Positions 18,286-28,608 of a stretch of 64,000 nt of DNA are shown one piece after another. This DNA is from Methanocaldococcus sp. 16A (lineage in GTDB: Archaea > AGJL01 > Methanococci > Methanococcales > Methanocaldococcaceae). Positions within the stretch are counted from its first letter, which is position 1; the number at the start of each line of letters is the position of its first letter. Both the position numbers and the translations under genes were made by a program. Location of the stretch: NCBI GenBank assembly GCA_049860595.1, contig CP187551.1; one strand, 5' to 3'. The notes under the pieces were generated by a model that was not told the origin of the DNA, ran no database searches, and saw only the letters and a list, made by a program, of their open reading frames with translations.

Positions 18286-20010
18286 GTGGTAATTATGGAA
18301 GGATTTAAAATTGCAATGAAAGTTATCGATGAGATTGATAAAAAGATAAAACCTTTAATTGGCTGGGAAAAGGCTGATGAAGTGGTTAAAATAGGCGCTG
18401 ATGGAACACCAACAAAAAGAATAGATGTGATAGCTGAAAATATAGCCCTAAATATATTAGAAAAATTTAGTGGGGGAATCTTAATAAGTGAAGAGATTGG
18501 ATTAAAAGTTGTAGGTAAAGATTTAGAACATATATTTATTTTAGACCCAATAGATGGGACATATAATGCTTTGAAATCTATTCCGATATATTCAACTTCA
18601 ATAGCGGTAGCAAAAATTAAAAGTGAAGATAAAAAGCTAATTAGAGAAAATATTAACAACTTAGATTGGATTAAAAATTTTATAGCTAATAAATATACAA
18701 TAAATGATTTATATGTTGGAATTGTGAAGAATTTAGCTACTGAGGATTTGTATTATGCTATTAAAGGAGAGGGGAGTTTCTTAGAAAAAGATGGAGAAAA
18801 AATTAGGATAGAAGCAAAAGATACAAAAAATTTAAATGAGGCATCTGTTGGATTGTTTGTTTATGGATTATCCAATGATTTATTGGAATTTTTAAAAGAA
18901 AGAAAGATTAGAAGAGTTAGATTATTTGGTTCTATGGCTTTGGAAATGTGTTATGTTGTCAGTGGGGCTTTAGATGCTTATATAAATGTAAATGAAAATT
19001 CTCGGCTGTGTGATATAGCTGGGGCTTATGTTATTTGTAAAGAAGGAAATGCAATAATTACAAACAAAAATGGGAAAGAATTAGAGATGAAATTACATTT
19101 AATGGAAAAAACATCATTAATTATTAGTAATAAATACTTACATAAAAAACTCATAGCTTTATTTGGAAATAAATGGGCAATAAAGCCAGCAAAATTTGGA
19201 ATAGTTGTTAGAGAGGATAAAGAAGATGCCATTAACTTAGCTATAGAGATTTGTAAATATCTAAGAGATAAAAATATTCCTTACTGTGTTGAAAACTTTT
19301 TGAAAGATAAAGTTGGTGGAGAACCATTTGATATTTCGACGATTTCTCATATTATTGCTATAGGAGGAGATGGAACAATACTTAGAGCTTCGAGATTAGT
19401 TAATGGGGAGACAATACCAATAATAGCAGTAAATATGGGAAAATTGGGATTTTTAGCTGAGTTTTATAAAGATGAAGTTTTTAGAATAATTGATAAAGTA
19501 ATATATGGAGAGTATGAGATAGAAAAAAGAAGTAAATTATCTTGCAAAATAATAAAAAATAATAAAATAATAAAAACTCCTTCAGCATTAAATGAAATGG
19601 TAGTTATTACAAAAAACCCTGCAAAGATTTTAGAATTTGATGTGTATGTTAATGATACGCTTGTTGAAAATGTTAGGGCTGATGGAATAATTATTTCAAC
19701 ACCTACTGGTTCAACCGCCTATTCTTTAAGTGCTGGAGGACCTATAGTTGAACCAAATGTTGACTGCTTTATAATATCTCCAATATGCCCGTTTAAATTA
19801 TCTTCAAGACCTTTAGTTGTTTCTGGTTCAAATAAAATTAAGTTAAAGCTTAAATTGGAAAAACCAGCTTTATTAGTAATTGATGGAAGCGTTGAATATG
19901 AAATTAATAAAGATGATGAGCTAATTTTTGAAAAATCTGACAGCTATGCTTATTTTGTAAAAGGGCAAAGTTTTTATGATAAGTTGAATAGATGCTTTGG
20001 AGTAAAATAA
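18286..20010 (+). CDS. Bifunctional NADP phosphatase (IMPase-like) / NAD kinase
   Basis: N-terminal SEE...LDPIDGTYN; C-terminal GGDGT, LNE, ADGIIISTPTGSTAYSLSAGGP. Confidence 0.94.
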   Translation: MVIMEGFKIAMKVIDEIDKKIKPLIGWEKADEVVKIGADGTPTKRIDVIAENIALNILEKFSGGILISEEIGLKVVGKDLEHIFILDPIDGTYNALKSIPIYSTSIAVAKIKSEDKKLIRENINNLDWIKNFIANKYTINDLYVGIVKNLATEDLYYAIKGEGSFLEKDGEKIRIEAKDTKNLNEASVGLFVYGLSNDLLEFLKERKIRRVRLFGSMALEMCYVVSGALDAYINVNENSRLCDIAGAYVICKEGNAIITNKNGKELEMKLHLMEKTSLIISNKYLHKKLIALFGNKWAIKPAKFGIVVREDKEDAINLAIEICKYLRDKNIPYCVENFLKDKVGGEPFDISTISHIIAIGGDGTILRASRLVNGETIPIIAVNMGKLGFLAEFYKDEVFRIIDKVIYGEYEIEKRSKLSCKIIKNNKIIKTPSALNEMVVITKNPAKILEFDVYVNDTLVENVRADGIIISTPTGSTAYSLSAGGPIVEPNVDCFIISPICPFKLSSRPLVVSGSNKIKLKLKLEKPALLVIDGSVEYEINKDDELIFEKSDSYAYFVKGQSFYDKLNRCFGVK

Positions 20011-20026
20011 AATAATATTATTTAAG

Positions 20027-20641
20027 TTATTCTTTATTTTCTAATGTTTTTAAAACTTCTAAACCAAATAATCTTGCGTAGTCAGGAGATTTTGCAGTTA
20101 TGATATTGTTATCAACTACAACTCCTTTATCTTCATAAATAGCTCCAGCTTTTTTTAGCTCTTCTATGGCTTCTGGAGCTGGGAATATAGTAGCTTTTTT
20201 ATCCTTTAAGATTCCAGCCCTTGCTAAAACTACAGGAGATAAACAAATTGCTGAAACAACCTTATTTTTATTATAAAACTCTCTAACTAATTCTATTAAT
20301 TTTGTATTATTCCATAAATATTCTTTTGACCCAATTCCCCCAACTATAACTATTGCATCGTATTCATCAGGATTTACATCATAAATAGTTTTATTAACAG
20401 TTATTTTATGTCCCAACATCCCCATACATTCTCCTTTTGTTGTTGAGACTACATCAACCTTTAACCCATTAGATTCAAATACAGCCATAGGTTCAAAAAG
20501 TTCTTCATCTCTAAAATCTTTTGGAGCAATAACCATTAAAACCTTTTTATTTTCCATATTTACCACTTTTTCGTTATTTATACACATTGAAGATATTGAG
20601 ATTAATATTATAGATGTTAGAATTATTATTCTTTTTTTCAT
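20027..20641 (-). CDS. DJ-1/PfpI family protein with N-terminal signal or lipoprotein peptide
   Basis: FRDEEL, YDAIVIVGG, AICLSP nucleophile; MKKRIIILTSIILISISSMC leader. Confidence 0.88.
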   Translation of the reverse strand: MKKRIIILTSIILISISSMCINNEKVVNMENKKVLMVIAPKDFRDEELFEPMAVFESNGLKVDVVSTTKGECMGMLGHKITVNKTIYDVNPDEYDAIVIVGGIGSKEYLWNNTKLIELVREFYNKNKVVSAICLSPVVLARAGILKDKKATIFPAPEAIEELKKAGAIYEDKGVVVDNNIITAKSPDYARLFGLEVLKTLENKE

Positions 20642-20797
20642 ACTATCACAATGTGTCTATCCTAATTATAAACGATATTAAATAATAGCTTCATTAGTAA
20701 TATTAGTAATATTAAGAATCTCTAATCTTTTGTTCATATACTTCCTATATGTTAAGTTCTTTATATCTGAACATATATATTAAAGTTATGTGAGATT

Positions 20798-21601
20798 ATG
20801 AAAGTGGCAGTTGTTTTTGACAGTGCTGGGACACTTGTGAAGATAATTAGAGTTATTAAAGATTTAAAGAAAAATAAGTTTATCTGTAATAGGCAGACAG
20901 TTGATATTGTAGATGAAAAAAAGGGTAGAGCATTAGTCATAATTAAAGAAGACCCATTAAAAGTTGTTGATAAGGAAAATCCAGAAAAATTAATATCTGA
21001 TTTATTAAAAGAAGTAGAAATTGGTATCTCTTATTGTAACCCTCCAATAAATAAGGATGGAATTTTTAAAGACAAAAAAGCTAAAGTTAAAGAACTACAA
21101 GAGCCACTAAATATTTTAAAGAAATACGATGTAGAAACAGGATATGGAAGTGCTTTAATAATAGATACTTATTCTGGAGAAGTTGAATACACAATCGCTA
21201 CTGCTGGCTGTTTATTTAAAGAAGTTAAAGAAACAATTAAACAATTAAAAGGTTTGGGGATTAAAGTTTTTATTGCATCTGGAGATAGAAAAGGATTTAT
21301 AAAAAGGCTGGCTGAACTTACAGGAGTTAGTGAGAAATATATAATGGCTGAAGCTCATCAGGAGCAAAAGAGAGATTTAATCATCAATCTAAAAAAAGAG
21401 GGGTATTTTACAATAATGGTGGGAGATGGAGCTAATGATGTTCCGGCAATGATTGAAAGTAATTTGGCTGTTGTAACTTTGCAGAATGGAAGTGTTTCAA
21501 AAAAAGCATTAGAAACTGCTGATATAAGAATTTACAACATAAAAGAGATTGTAGATATTTGTAAGAAGGTTATAAGTGGTGAAATTAAGCATGATAATTG
21601 A
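20798..21601 (+). CDS. Soluble P-type ATPase-like HAD phosphatase
   Basis: FDSAGT, ASGD and MVGDGANDVPAM motifs, with no TM segments. Confidence 0.9.
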   Translation: MKVAVVFDSAGTLVKIIRVIKDLKKNKFICNRQTVDIVDEKKGRALVIIKEDPLKVVDKENPEKLISDLLKEVEIGISYCNPPINKDGIFKDKKAKVKELQEPLNILKKYDVETGYGSALIIDTYSGEVEYTIATAGCLFKEVKETIKQLKGLGIKVFIASGDRKGFIKRLAELTGVSEKYIMAEAHQEQKRDLIINLKKEGYFTIMVGDGANDVPAMIESNLAVVTLQNGSVSKKALETADIRIYNIKEIVDICKKVISGEIKHDN

Positions 21602-22184
21602 GATTGAAGGTATTAAACTAAAGCTACACCCTGAAGTTTATGAGCCAGCTGAAGATTCAATTTTATTATTAAGAAACCTTGTTGATGTTAAAAATAAAGA
21701 GGTTTTGGAAATAGGGGTAGGAACTGGTTTAATTTCAATAGCTTGTGCAAAAAAGGGAGCTAAAAAAGTAGTAGGTGTTGATATAAATCCATATGCTGTA
21801 AAATTAGCAAAAGAAAATGCCAAACTAAATAATGTTGATATTATATGTTTAGAGAGTGATTTATTTGAAAATGTTACTGGAAAGTTTGATGTTATTCTCT
21901 TTAATCCTCCATATTTACCAACATCTGATGAGGATAAAATAGACAGCTATTTAAATTATGCTTTTGATGGAGGAAAAAATGGTAGAGAAATTTTAGATAG
22001 ATTTATTGACAATTTACCAAATTACTTAAAAAAAGGAGGTGTTGTTCAAATACTACAGAGCTCATTAACTGGAGAAAAAGAAACAATAAACAAATTAAAA
22101 TCTTTAGGTTTTAAAGTTGATAAAGTAGCATCTTTAAAGGTTCCTTTTGAAGAACTTATGGTTATAAATGGATGGAGGTTATAG
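21576..22184 (+). CDS. HemK2/PrmC-family N5-glutamine methyltransferase; probable start near 21591
   Basis: VYEPAEDS, LEIGVGTG, FNPPY. Confidence 0.9.
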   Translation: MVKLSMIIEIEGIKLKLHPEVYEPAEDSILLLRNLVDVKNKEVLEIGVGTGLISIACAKKGAKKVVGVDINPYAVKLAKENAKLNNVDIICLESDLFENVTGKFDVILFNPPYLPTSDEDKIDSYLNYAFDGGKNGREILDRFIDNLPNYLKKGGVVQILQSSLTGEKETINKLKSLGFKVDKVASLKVPFEELMVINGWRL

Positions 22185-22185
22185 C

Positions 22186-22920
22186 ATGAAAGCTAAAGAG
22201 ATTATAGAGTTTATTGAAAGCTTTGCCCCTAAAGATTTAGCTATTGAAGGAGATAACGTTGGATTGCAGGTTGGAGATAACTTAGATAAAGAAGTGAAAA
22301 AGTTAGGCATTGCCTTAGACCCATCGTTATCTGTTATTAAAAAAGCAAAAGAAAAAGGAGTAGATTTTTTATTTACCCACCACCCATTATTAAAGGACCC
22401 AATAAGAAACTTCACTGGTGTTATTTACAAAAAACTAAAAATATTAATGGAAAATGACATTATTTTATACTCTGCTCATACAAACTTAGATATCTGTAAA
22501 AATGGATTGAATGATGCCTTAGCTGAAGTTTATAATTTGGAGAATGTTGAGCCTCTATATGATAGTGGACTTGGGAGAATAGGTATTTTTAAGGGAACAT
22601 TTGAAGAATTTTTAGAAATAACAAAAAAATATATTCACAAAAATCCTATTGTTGTTAAGAGTAAAGAAGTAAAGGATAACTTTAAATTAGCTGTTTTATC
22701 TGGCTATGGTTTATCTCAATCCTCTATAAAATATGTTGCTGAAAGAGCAGAGGTTTATCTTTCTGGAGATTTAACTCACCACTCAAAAATTTTAGCTGAA
22801 GAGCTTGGTTTAGTTGTTGTTGACGCTACACACTATTCAACTGAAGTCTATGGATTGAAGAAATTTAAAGAATATTTATCTTCAAATTTAGATTTGGAGA
22901 TAGTTAGCTTAGATTTTTAA
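22186..22920 (+). CDS. Nif3-family dinuclear metal protein (HcgD-like)
   Basis: DNVGLQVG, THHPL, SAHTNLD, GDLTHH, HYSTE; GGAGG RBS before ATG 22186. Confidence 0.9.
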   Translation: MKAKEIIEFIESFAPKDLAIEGDNVGLQVGDNLDKEVKKLGIALDPSLSVIKKAKEKGVDFLFTHHPLLKDPIRNFTGVIYKKLKILMENDIILYSAHTNLDICKNGLNDALAEVYNLENVEPLYDSGLGRIGIFKGTFEEFLEITKKYIHKNPIVVKSKEVKDNFKLAVLSGYGLSQSSIKYVAERAEVYLSGDLTHHSKILAEELGLVVVDATHYSTEVYGLKKFKEYLSSNLDLEIVSLDF

Positions 22921-22925
22921 AATGA

Positions 22926-23696
22926 TTAATACAACCTAAAGCTAACTTTGTATTCTAAATTGTAAGGTTTAGAATTTAATATGTCCAATATTCTCTTTTT
23001 AATAGGTTCAGTTTTTATAGGTTTTTTGATGATTCCTAAAGATTTTTTCTGTATGATTATAACATCACAATCACAAACATATTTATCATTAAACTTCTCA
23101 ATTTTAACTTTTAAAATATAATCTTCAATCAAATCTTGGTCTTTTAAAATTGACAATACATTTTTATCTATTTCATTTTCTATCTCTAACCCTATATCTT
23201 TTATTTCATCTTCAGTAAGTGTATTTTTATCATAATCTCCAAATGTTTCTTTCAATATATTTTCTATGAAATCTTCATCCGGCTCTTTAATCCCCAACTG
23301 TTTTAAAAGTTCATCTCTTGATAATATTCCACTCTCAATGTTACTTATATTTACGTTACTACTTTTTGATACTTTTTTCATTTTCTTAACTCTTGGAACA
23401 GTATCTATAACATCATAAACAATTATTTTCTCAATATTGCTTCCAGATTTCAATATATCGCATAAATGCTCTATAACCTCATCAACTTTATCCTCATCTA
23501 CAATTGCTTCAATCTTCGTAAATTCCTCTAAAGTTTCTGTTTCATACTTTTGCCCTCTATATTCTATAACAATTTTTTTATTACATTTTTCTTTTACCTC
23601 TGAAACAACATATTCGTCTATAATTGTATATCTTTTTAAAATATTCAAACATTGAAAAATTTTATCCTGCTGTAAATATACTTCTATTTTTTTCAT
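22926..23696 (-). CDS. Divergent PII-like domain fused to a ~150-aa C-terminal domain
   Basis: MKKIE start, T-loop-like EYRGQKY, KIEAIVDEDKVDEVIE, KIIVYDV; 256 aa versus ~112 aa for canonical PII. Confidence 0.75.
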   Translation of the reverse strand: MKKIEVYLQQDKIFQCLNILKRYTIIDEYVVSEVKEKCNKKIVIEYRGQKYETETLEEFTKIEAIVDEDKVDEVIEHLCDILKSGSNIEKIIVYDVIDTVPRVKKMKKVSKSSNVNISNIESGILSRDELLKQLGIKEPDEDFIENILKETFGDYDKNTLTEDEIKDIGLEIENEIDKNVLSILKDQDLIEDYILKVKIEKFNDKYVCDCDVIIIQKKSLGIIKKPIKTEPIKKRILDILNSKPYNLEYKVSFRLY

Positions 23697-23721
23697 TCCA
23701 CCACCATTTAAATAATATTAC

Positions 23722-23735
23722 GGAAGGAAATTTCC
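23722..23735. promoter_or_regulatory. NrpR-type nitrogen operator GGAA-N6-TTCC
   Basis: cGGAAggaaatTTCC lies 25 bp upstream of the PII-like start and downstream of a minus-strand TATA box (~23766-23774). Confidence 0.7.
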
Positions 23736-23830
23736 TTCTGACCTATGGCATTATATACCAAACCCATATAAAAAGATAACCTATTGAAAATAGACATCAG
23801 AATAAAAATTTCCCACTATTTGTTATACAC

Positions 23831-23933
23831 TTTAATAGGACTTTCACAGGAATAAATACCAATATGGAAAGTTGATGCCATTTGGGCAACTAAATTCCTT
23901 GAAAAATTTATAAATTGCGAAAGTCCTATTAAA
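23831..23933. repeat. ~95-bp palindromic intergenic element, copy 1
   Basis: TAGGACTTTCACAG...TTGCGAAAGTCCTA terminal inverted repeats with central GTTGATGCC/GGCAAC hairpin. Confidence 0.85.
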
Positions 23934-24051
23934 AATAACTGGTAAAAATAACTAGAAAGTTTTATATATTATTTAAAATTTAATAAACTATTAATTTATA
24001 AATTTTAAAAAATTTAATAAATTTTTATTAAAATAAATTTAGCGTGAGAAT

Positions 24052-24372
24052 ATGTCAATCTTCTACGTACTTGGAAAGAAAGGGACGATAGAGATTCTAT
24101 ACAAAATTAAAGATGGAGTAAATTCTTTCACGAACATAAAAAATGCTTTAGATATAGAAGGTTGTGGAGTAAGCACGAGAACGTTAGCAGAGAGATTAAA
24201 TGAATTAGAAGATGAAAACTTAATACAAAAAGATGGAAGTAAATATTATCTAACAAAGAAAGGACAAGAAGCTATAGAAATTATTGAAAATATTATGAAA
24301 TGGGAAGCTAAGTGGAAAGAAGCAAAGATTCCAAAGATTATAATAGGAATGCTTGGTGATAAGGAGAGATAA
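24052..24372 (+). CDS. HxlR-family winged-helix transcriptional regulator
   Basis: LGKKGTIEIL...VSTRTLAERLNELEDENLI...YYLTKKG. Confidence 0.85.
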   Translation: MSIFYVLGKKGTIEILYKIKDGVNSFTNIKNALDIEGCGVSTRTLAERLNELEDENLIQKDGSKYYLTKKGQEAIEIIENIMKWEAKWKEAKIPKIIIGMLGDKER

Positions 24373-24456
24373 TTATTTCTTAGTAGGGCTTTTGTGGAAA
24401 TATATATTCTATTTAATTTGATGAAACTTTCTAAAAATTTCAAAGAGAAATAATAG

Positions 24457-25236
24457 GTGAATATTATGAAAGTAATCACATTTTCTATTGCAAAAGGAGG
24501 TACTGGAAAAACTATTATTACTGCAAATGTTGCAGCAGCTTTAGCTAAAAGAGGTAAAAAAATTTTATTAATTGATGGTGATATAGGTTCAAAATCTCTT
24601 TCTCATCTTTTAAATATAAAATCAAATATATTTTTAGCAGATGTTATAGAAGAAGAACGCCCAATAAAAGATGCTATTGTAGAAACATCAATTGAAAATA
24701 TTGAGCTATTAGCCGTTGGAAAATCACTTGCTGATTATCTAAAATTTGATGTGAGCTCTTTAAAAAAATTCAAAGAATTAGGTAACTACGATTATGTGTT
24801 TATAGATGCCCCATCAACATCAAGTGGTGTTGAAACATACTTAGCTTTAGGTCTTTCCGACTACTTCATCCCTGTCTTAGATTACACAACTTTTGGTCCA
24901 AGTTTGCAGGGAGCTATAAATACAATAGTCATTGGAAAGAACTACTTAGAGAGCATACCTGCAGGATTTATAATAAATAAAGCCGAAGATTTGCCAGATA
25001 GTGTAATTAATGATGTCAAAAAAATCTTAGGATTGGAATGCTTCTCTATAGTACACAAAAACCCTATTGTAGAACAATCCTATGCAAAAAAAGAAATTGT
25101 TTATTTAAAATCTTTAGACAAGAAATTTGTTGAAGAAATTGACAAAATTGTTGATGCTTTAGAAAAATTAGAAGCGGTAAAAGAAAGAGATATCCCAAAG
25201 GTTATTGAAAAAATAAAAGAAAGTACTTTATTGTAA
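24457..25236 (+). CDS. MinD/ParA-family ATPase
   Basis: Deviant Walker A KGGTGKT, IDGD, YDYVFIDAP, IINK. Confidence 0.9.
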   Translation: MNIMKVITFSIAKGGTGKTIITANVAAALAKRGKKILLIDGDIGSKSLSHLLNIKSNIFLADVIEEERPIKDAIVETSIENIELLAVGKSLADYLKFDVSSLKKFKELGNYDYVFIDAPSTSSGVETYLALGLSDYFIPVLDYTTFGPSLQGAINTIVIGKNYLESIPAGFIINKAEDLPDSVINDVKKILGLECFSIVHKNPIVEQSYAKKEIVYLKSLDKKFVEEIDKIVDALEKLEAVKERDIPKVIEKIKESTLL

Positions 25237-25249
25237 TATAATAAAATCT

Positions 25250-26143
25250 TTATTTCTTTTTCTCTTTATCATTATTTAATACCATTACTTCCACAAGTGT
25301 TTTTAAAACTTCTTTTTGTTCCTCTTCTGATGGTATTCTAACATTATATTTTTTTAATAACTCTTCATCTACATTTAATGTGTTTCTACACTTTGTTTTT
25401 ACTACTTCATCAATATGACTTTTTAATAATTTCTCTTTTAATTTTGTAGCATGTTTTAAGAAACATTTAGTAATTTCCACAGCAAAAATTACGAAAAACG
25501 CCCCTATTGCAGTCATTATTAACCTCTCTTTAATAAGAATTGGTATTGCATTAATATAATCATCAGCTGTTAAATTTAAATATAATATTCCTAAAATTGA
25601 GCCATATAGGTGGTCTGTCATTATTGATGCAAATGATAAAATTAACGCCCCCATAATGACTTTTTTACAATCTTTGTTAAATAATAATTTACTTATTTTC
25701 TCCCTAAAAATTATAACAAACAATAAAGCAAGAATTGAAAGACAGGGATAATAAAAAGCCACTCTACCTACATCTGTTAAATAAAATATCAATAAACCTA
25801 TAGTCAAAATTATAGCCGGATACTTCCATTTTCCTTCAGATAATGTTCCTGCAGATATAACCGCTGATGCTGGTGGAATTAAAGAATAAATCCAAAAATA
25901 AAATGCTTTTGGATTTAAAAAGAAGTAGATTAACATTACCAACACAACCGCAAAAAATCCGCAAATAGGACCTAACAATAGACCACATAATGCTGATAAG
26001 CTTGGATAAGCATTTATTTTATGGTCTAACCCTACCATATTAAATGTAAGAAATCGAATAAATATAAACATAAAAGTAACTGTTCCAATAAATATTAAAA
26101 ACAAGGCTCTTTTATCTTTTCTAATAAATTTGAATATATTCAT
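25250..26143 (-). CDS. Integral membrane protein, possible ECF transporter S-component, with soluble C-terminal tail
   Basis: Multiple TM helices, GLLLGPICG motif. Confidence 0.65.
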   Translation of the reverse strand: MNIFKFIRKDKRALFLIFIGTVTFMFIFIRFLTFNMVGLDHKINAYPSLSALCGLLLGPICGFFAVVLVMLIYFFLNPKAFYFWIYSLIPPASAVISAGTLSEGKWKYPAIILTIGLLIFYLTDVGRVAFYYPCLSILALLFVIIFREKISKLLFNKDCKKVIMGALILSFASIMTDHLYGSILGILYLNLTADDYINAIPILIKERLIMTAIGAFFVIFAVEITKCFLKHATKLKEKLLKSHIDEVVKTKCRNTLNVDEELLKKYNVRIPSEEEQKEVLKTLVEVMVLNNDKEKKK

Positions 26144-26297
26144 AACAATCCCTATTAATATAAATTATAAGTGAAAGATTTCCATTTTTATTTTTTATTT
26201 TATAAATATATTTCTATTTTATTTTTAACCATTCTAAATTATATACATTTTTTATAAAATATTACCCATTACTAAAAATTTTCCTTAGGTGTTATAA

Positions 26298-26732
26298 ATG
26301 ATTGATATTCTTAAAAATATAAAAGTAAAAGATATAATGACAAAAAATGTTATAACTGCAAAAAAGGATGAAGGGGTTGTAGAAGCTTTTGAAAAAATGT
26401 TAAAACATAAGATTAGTTCTCTGCCAGTGATTGATGATGAAAATAAAGTTATTGGAATAGTAACAACAACCGATATAGGATATAATTTAATAAGGGATAA
26501 ATACACTTTAGAAACAACAATTGAAGAAGTAATGACAAAAGATGTAATTACAATAGATAAAAATGCAAATATATTGGAAGCTATTAAAAAAATGGACATT
26601 AGTGGAAAAAAAGAAGAAATTATCAACCAATTACCTGTAGTTGATGAGGATAATAAGTTAGTTGGGATAGTTTCTGATGGAGACATAATTAGAGCAATTT
26701 CAAAGATTATTATAGAACTTTCGCAGGATTAA
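26298..26732 (+). CDS. CBS-domain pair protein
   Basis: [11 protein letters not shown]...LPVIDD...GIVTTTD and LPVVD...GIVSDGD. Confidence 0.92.
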   Translation: MIDILKNIKVKDIMTKNVITAKKDEGVVEAFEKMLKHKISSLPVIDDENKVIGIVTTTDIGYNLIRDKYTLETTIEEVMTKDVITIDKNANILEAIKKMDISGKKEEIINQLPVVDEDNKLVGIVSDGDIIRAISKIIIELSQD

Positions 26733-26808
26733 ATGTTTTAAGGAATTTTTAATGCTAAAAGCATCTAATGTTTTCATTAATAAATATATAAACTGCGAAA
26801 GTCCTATA
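26711..26808. repeat. Palindromic element, copy 2 (overlaps the CBS gene 3' end)
   Basis: TATAGAACTTTCGCAGG...AACTGCGAAAGTCCTATA. Confidence 0.85.
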
Positions 26809-26888
26809 TTATTGACATCATCTAAAAATTACATAAACTTAATAAATAATATCACAACTATTTTATCTTATTACCTTATTTAATTAAG

Positions 26889-27821
26889 GTGATAGGTGAT
26901 TTTATGTCAGTTAATTATAAGAGAGTTATTGCCATGGTAGATGATGCTTTAAACCTCGTTGAGATAGTTGAAGAGCATCCCTGTCCAAATGGTAGTGAGT
27001 GGGTTATCTATCAATATCAAAGAACTTCTCCTCTAATTTTATCAGCGTGGAGAGAAGGGAATAAACACCACTTTGTAACAAGAATTGGTAAAGAGAAATT
27101 AAATTTAGTTCCTTCACTATCAGCAGCAGGAATTGAAGAGGTTTATATAGAAAATAATAGGGTTCATATTGTCTATGCGGGATTAGCTGGAGGAGGAGTA
27201 GGAACTGAACTAAGGAAGGGAGCTAAAAATGTCCTTGAAGTAAATATTTTAGAGAAGGGAGGTGGTTCAAAACTTGGAAGAGCAGAGGTTGTAACTCCAA
27301 AAATGGAAAAGGTTATTATTGGTATTGATGATACTGACACAAAAGAAGAGGGGGCTACATGGGTTTTAGCACACGAAATTGGTTTAGAAGTTGAAAAAAA
27401 TAACTTGGGCTATTATTTAGACCACACAATTGTTCAACTCTACCCTGGCAACCCAAACAAAACTCAGAATTGCGTATCTATCGCTTTAAGTTTTGCTGTT
27501 TATCCAGAATATAAGTATGAAATTGACAAATTCGTTAAAAAATTATTGAAGGAGAAAAGTTTATCAGATAATACTGCAATGGCTGTATATTATGGTCTCT
27601 TTCCTTCTAAGAGCATGAAATTATTTACAATGAAGGCTAAAAAGAGAATGGTTACATTAGAAGAAGCAAAATCTATTGCATTAAGAAATAATATAAAAAT
27701 AATTCCTGTTAATGGAGAAGGTGGCGTTATAGGAGCTGTAGCTGCCTTAGGTTTAGCTGAACATCATAACTTAGCTCCTAAGTTATGTGAAGATATAGAA
27801 ACCACTGAAATAAAGAATTAA
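26889..27821 (+). CDS. mmp11: Methanogenesis marker protein 11 (TiaS-related); probable start ATG 26904
   Basis: YAGLAGGGVG, IGIDDTD, GATW, KTQNCVS, GVIGAVAALG. Confidence 0.82.
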   Translation: MIGDFMSVNYKRVIAMVDDALNLVEIVEEHPCPNGSEWVIYQYQRTSPLILSAWREGNKHHFVTRIGKEKLNLVPSLSAAGIEEVYIENNRVHIVYAGLAGGGVGTELRKGAKNVLEVNILEKGGGSKLGRAEVVTPKMEKVIIGIDDTDTKEEGATWVLAHEIGLEVEKNNLGYYLDHTIVQLYPGNPNKTQNCVSIALSFAVYPEYKYEIDKFVKKLLKEKSLSDNTAMAVYYGLFPSKSMKLFTMKAKKRMVTLEEAKSIALRNNIKIIPVNGEGGVIGAVAALGLAEHHNLAPKLCEDIETTEIKN

Positions 27822-27934
27822 AATAAAATATAATATTGAACAATATTTTACTTAAATTCTTCTTTAAAACTTTTAATTTTTTGACATTTAACTAAAAGAA
27901 ATTTGATAGCTTATAATGACAAATATTAGTAATA

Positions 27935-28027
27935 TAGGACTTCCGCAGTTTATGTTAATTAAATAAGGAACTTTGAGCCCTTTGGGAATCTATGTTCAAT
28001 AAAAAATTTATTCCTGCAAAAGTCCTA
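27935..28027. repeat. Palindromic element, copy 3
   Basis: TAGGACTTCCGCAGTTTAT...TTTATTCCTGCAAAAGTCCTA. Confidence 0.8.
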
Positions 28028-28046
28028 AAATAAATATTGTGATAAT

Positions 28047-28604
28047 ATGGAAGATAGAGAGTTTAAAATAGCCATTATTGGCCCTGAAAATGCTGGAAAA
28101 TCATCAATAATGAACGCATTGTTTGGAAAATATGTTTCATTGGTTTCTGAAGTTGGAGGAACTACAAAAATGCCAATAAAAAGATATTGGGGAAAATTAA
28201 AGATTGGGAGGATTAGAGAAGAACCAGAATTTGTAAATTTAGTTTTTGTTGATTTAGGTGGTTTATATACAACAACTGACAAACAATCTCCTATTATGAC
28301 CCCCAAAGTTTTAGAAAAGACATTTGAAGAGATTAACGATTCAGATATGATTATACATGTAATTGATGGTAGTGTTGGATTATTGAGAAGTTTTGAGAAA
28401 CTCCACCACTTATTAAAGTTTAGATACCAAAAACCTATTATAGTAGTAATTAATAAATGTGATTTATTAAATGATATTGATAAGGAAAATTTAAAGAACT
28501 ATGTTGAAAGTAGAATAAAAAATACACCGATATTTGTATCTGCAAAAACTTTTGAAGGAATTCCTGAATTGTTAGAGATAATTATTAGATACCTGAAAAG
28601 GTGA
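28047..28604 (+). CDS. Small Era/TrmE-like GTP-binding protein
   Basis: G1 GPENAGKSS, G2 GTT, G3 DLGG, G4 NKCD, G5 VSAK. Confidence 0.9.
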   Translation: MEDREFKIAIIGPENAGKSSIMNALFGKYVSLVSEVGGTTKMPIKRYWGKLKIGRIREEPEFVNLVFVDLGGLYTTTDKQSPIMTPKVLEKTFEEINDSDMIIHVIDGSVGLLRSFEKLHHLLKFRYQKPIIVVINKCDLLNDIDKENLKNYVESRIKNTPIFVSAKTFEGIPELLEIIIRYLKR

Positions 28605-28608
28605 TTTA

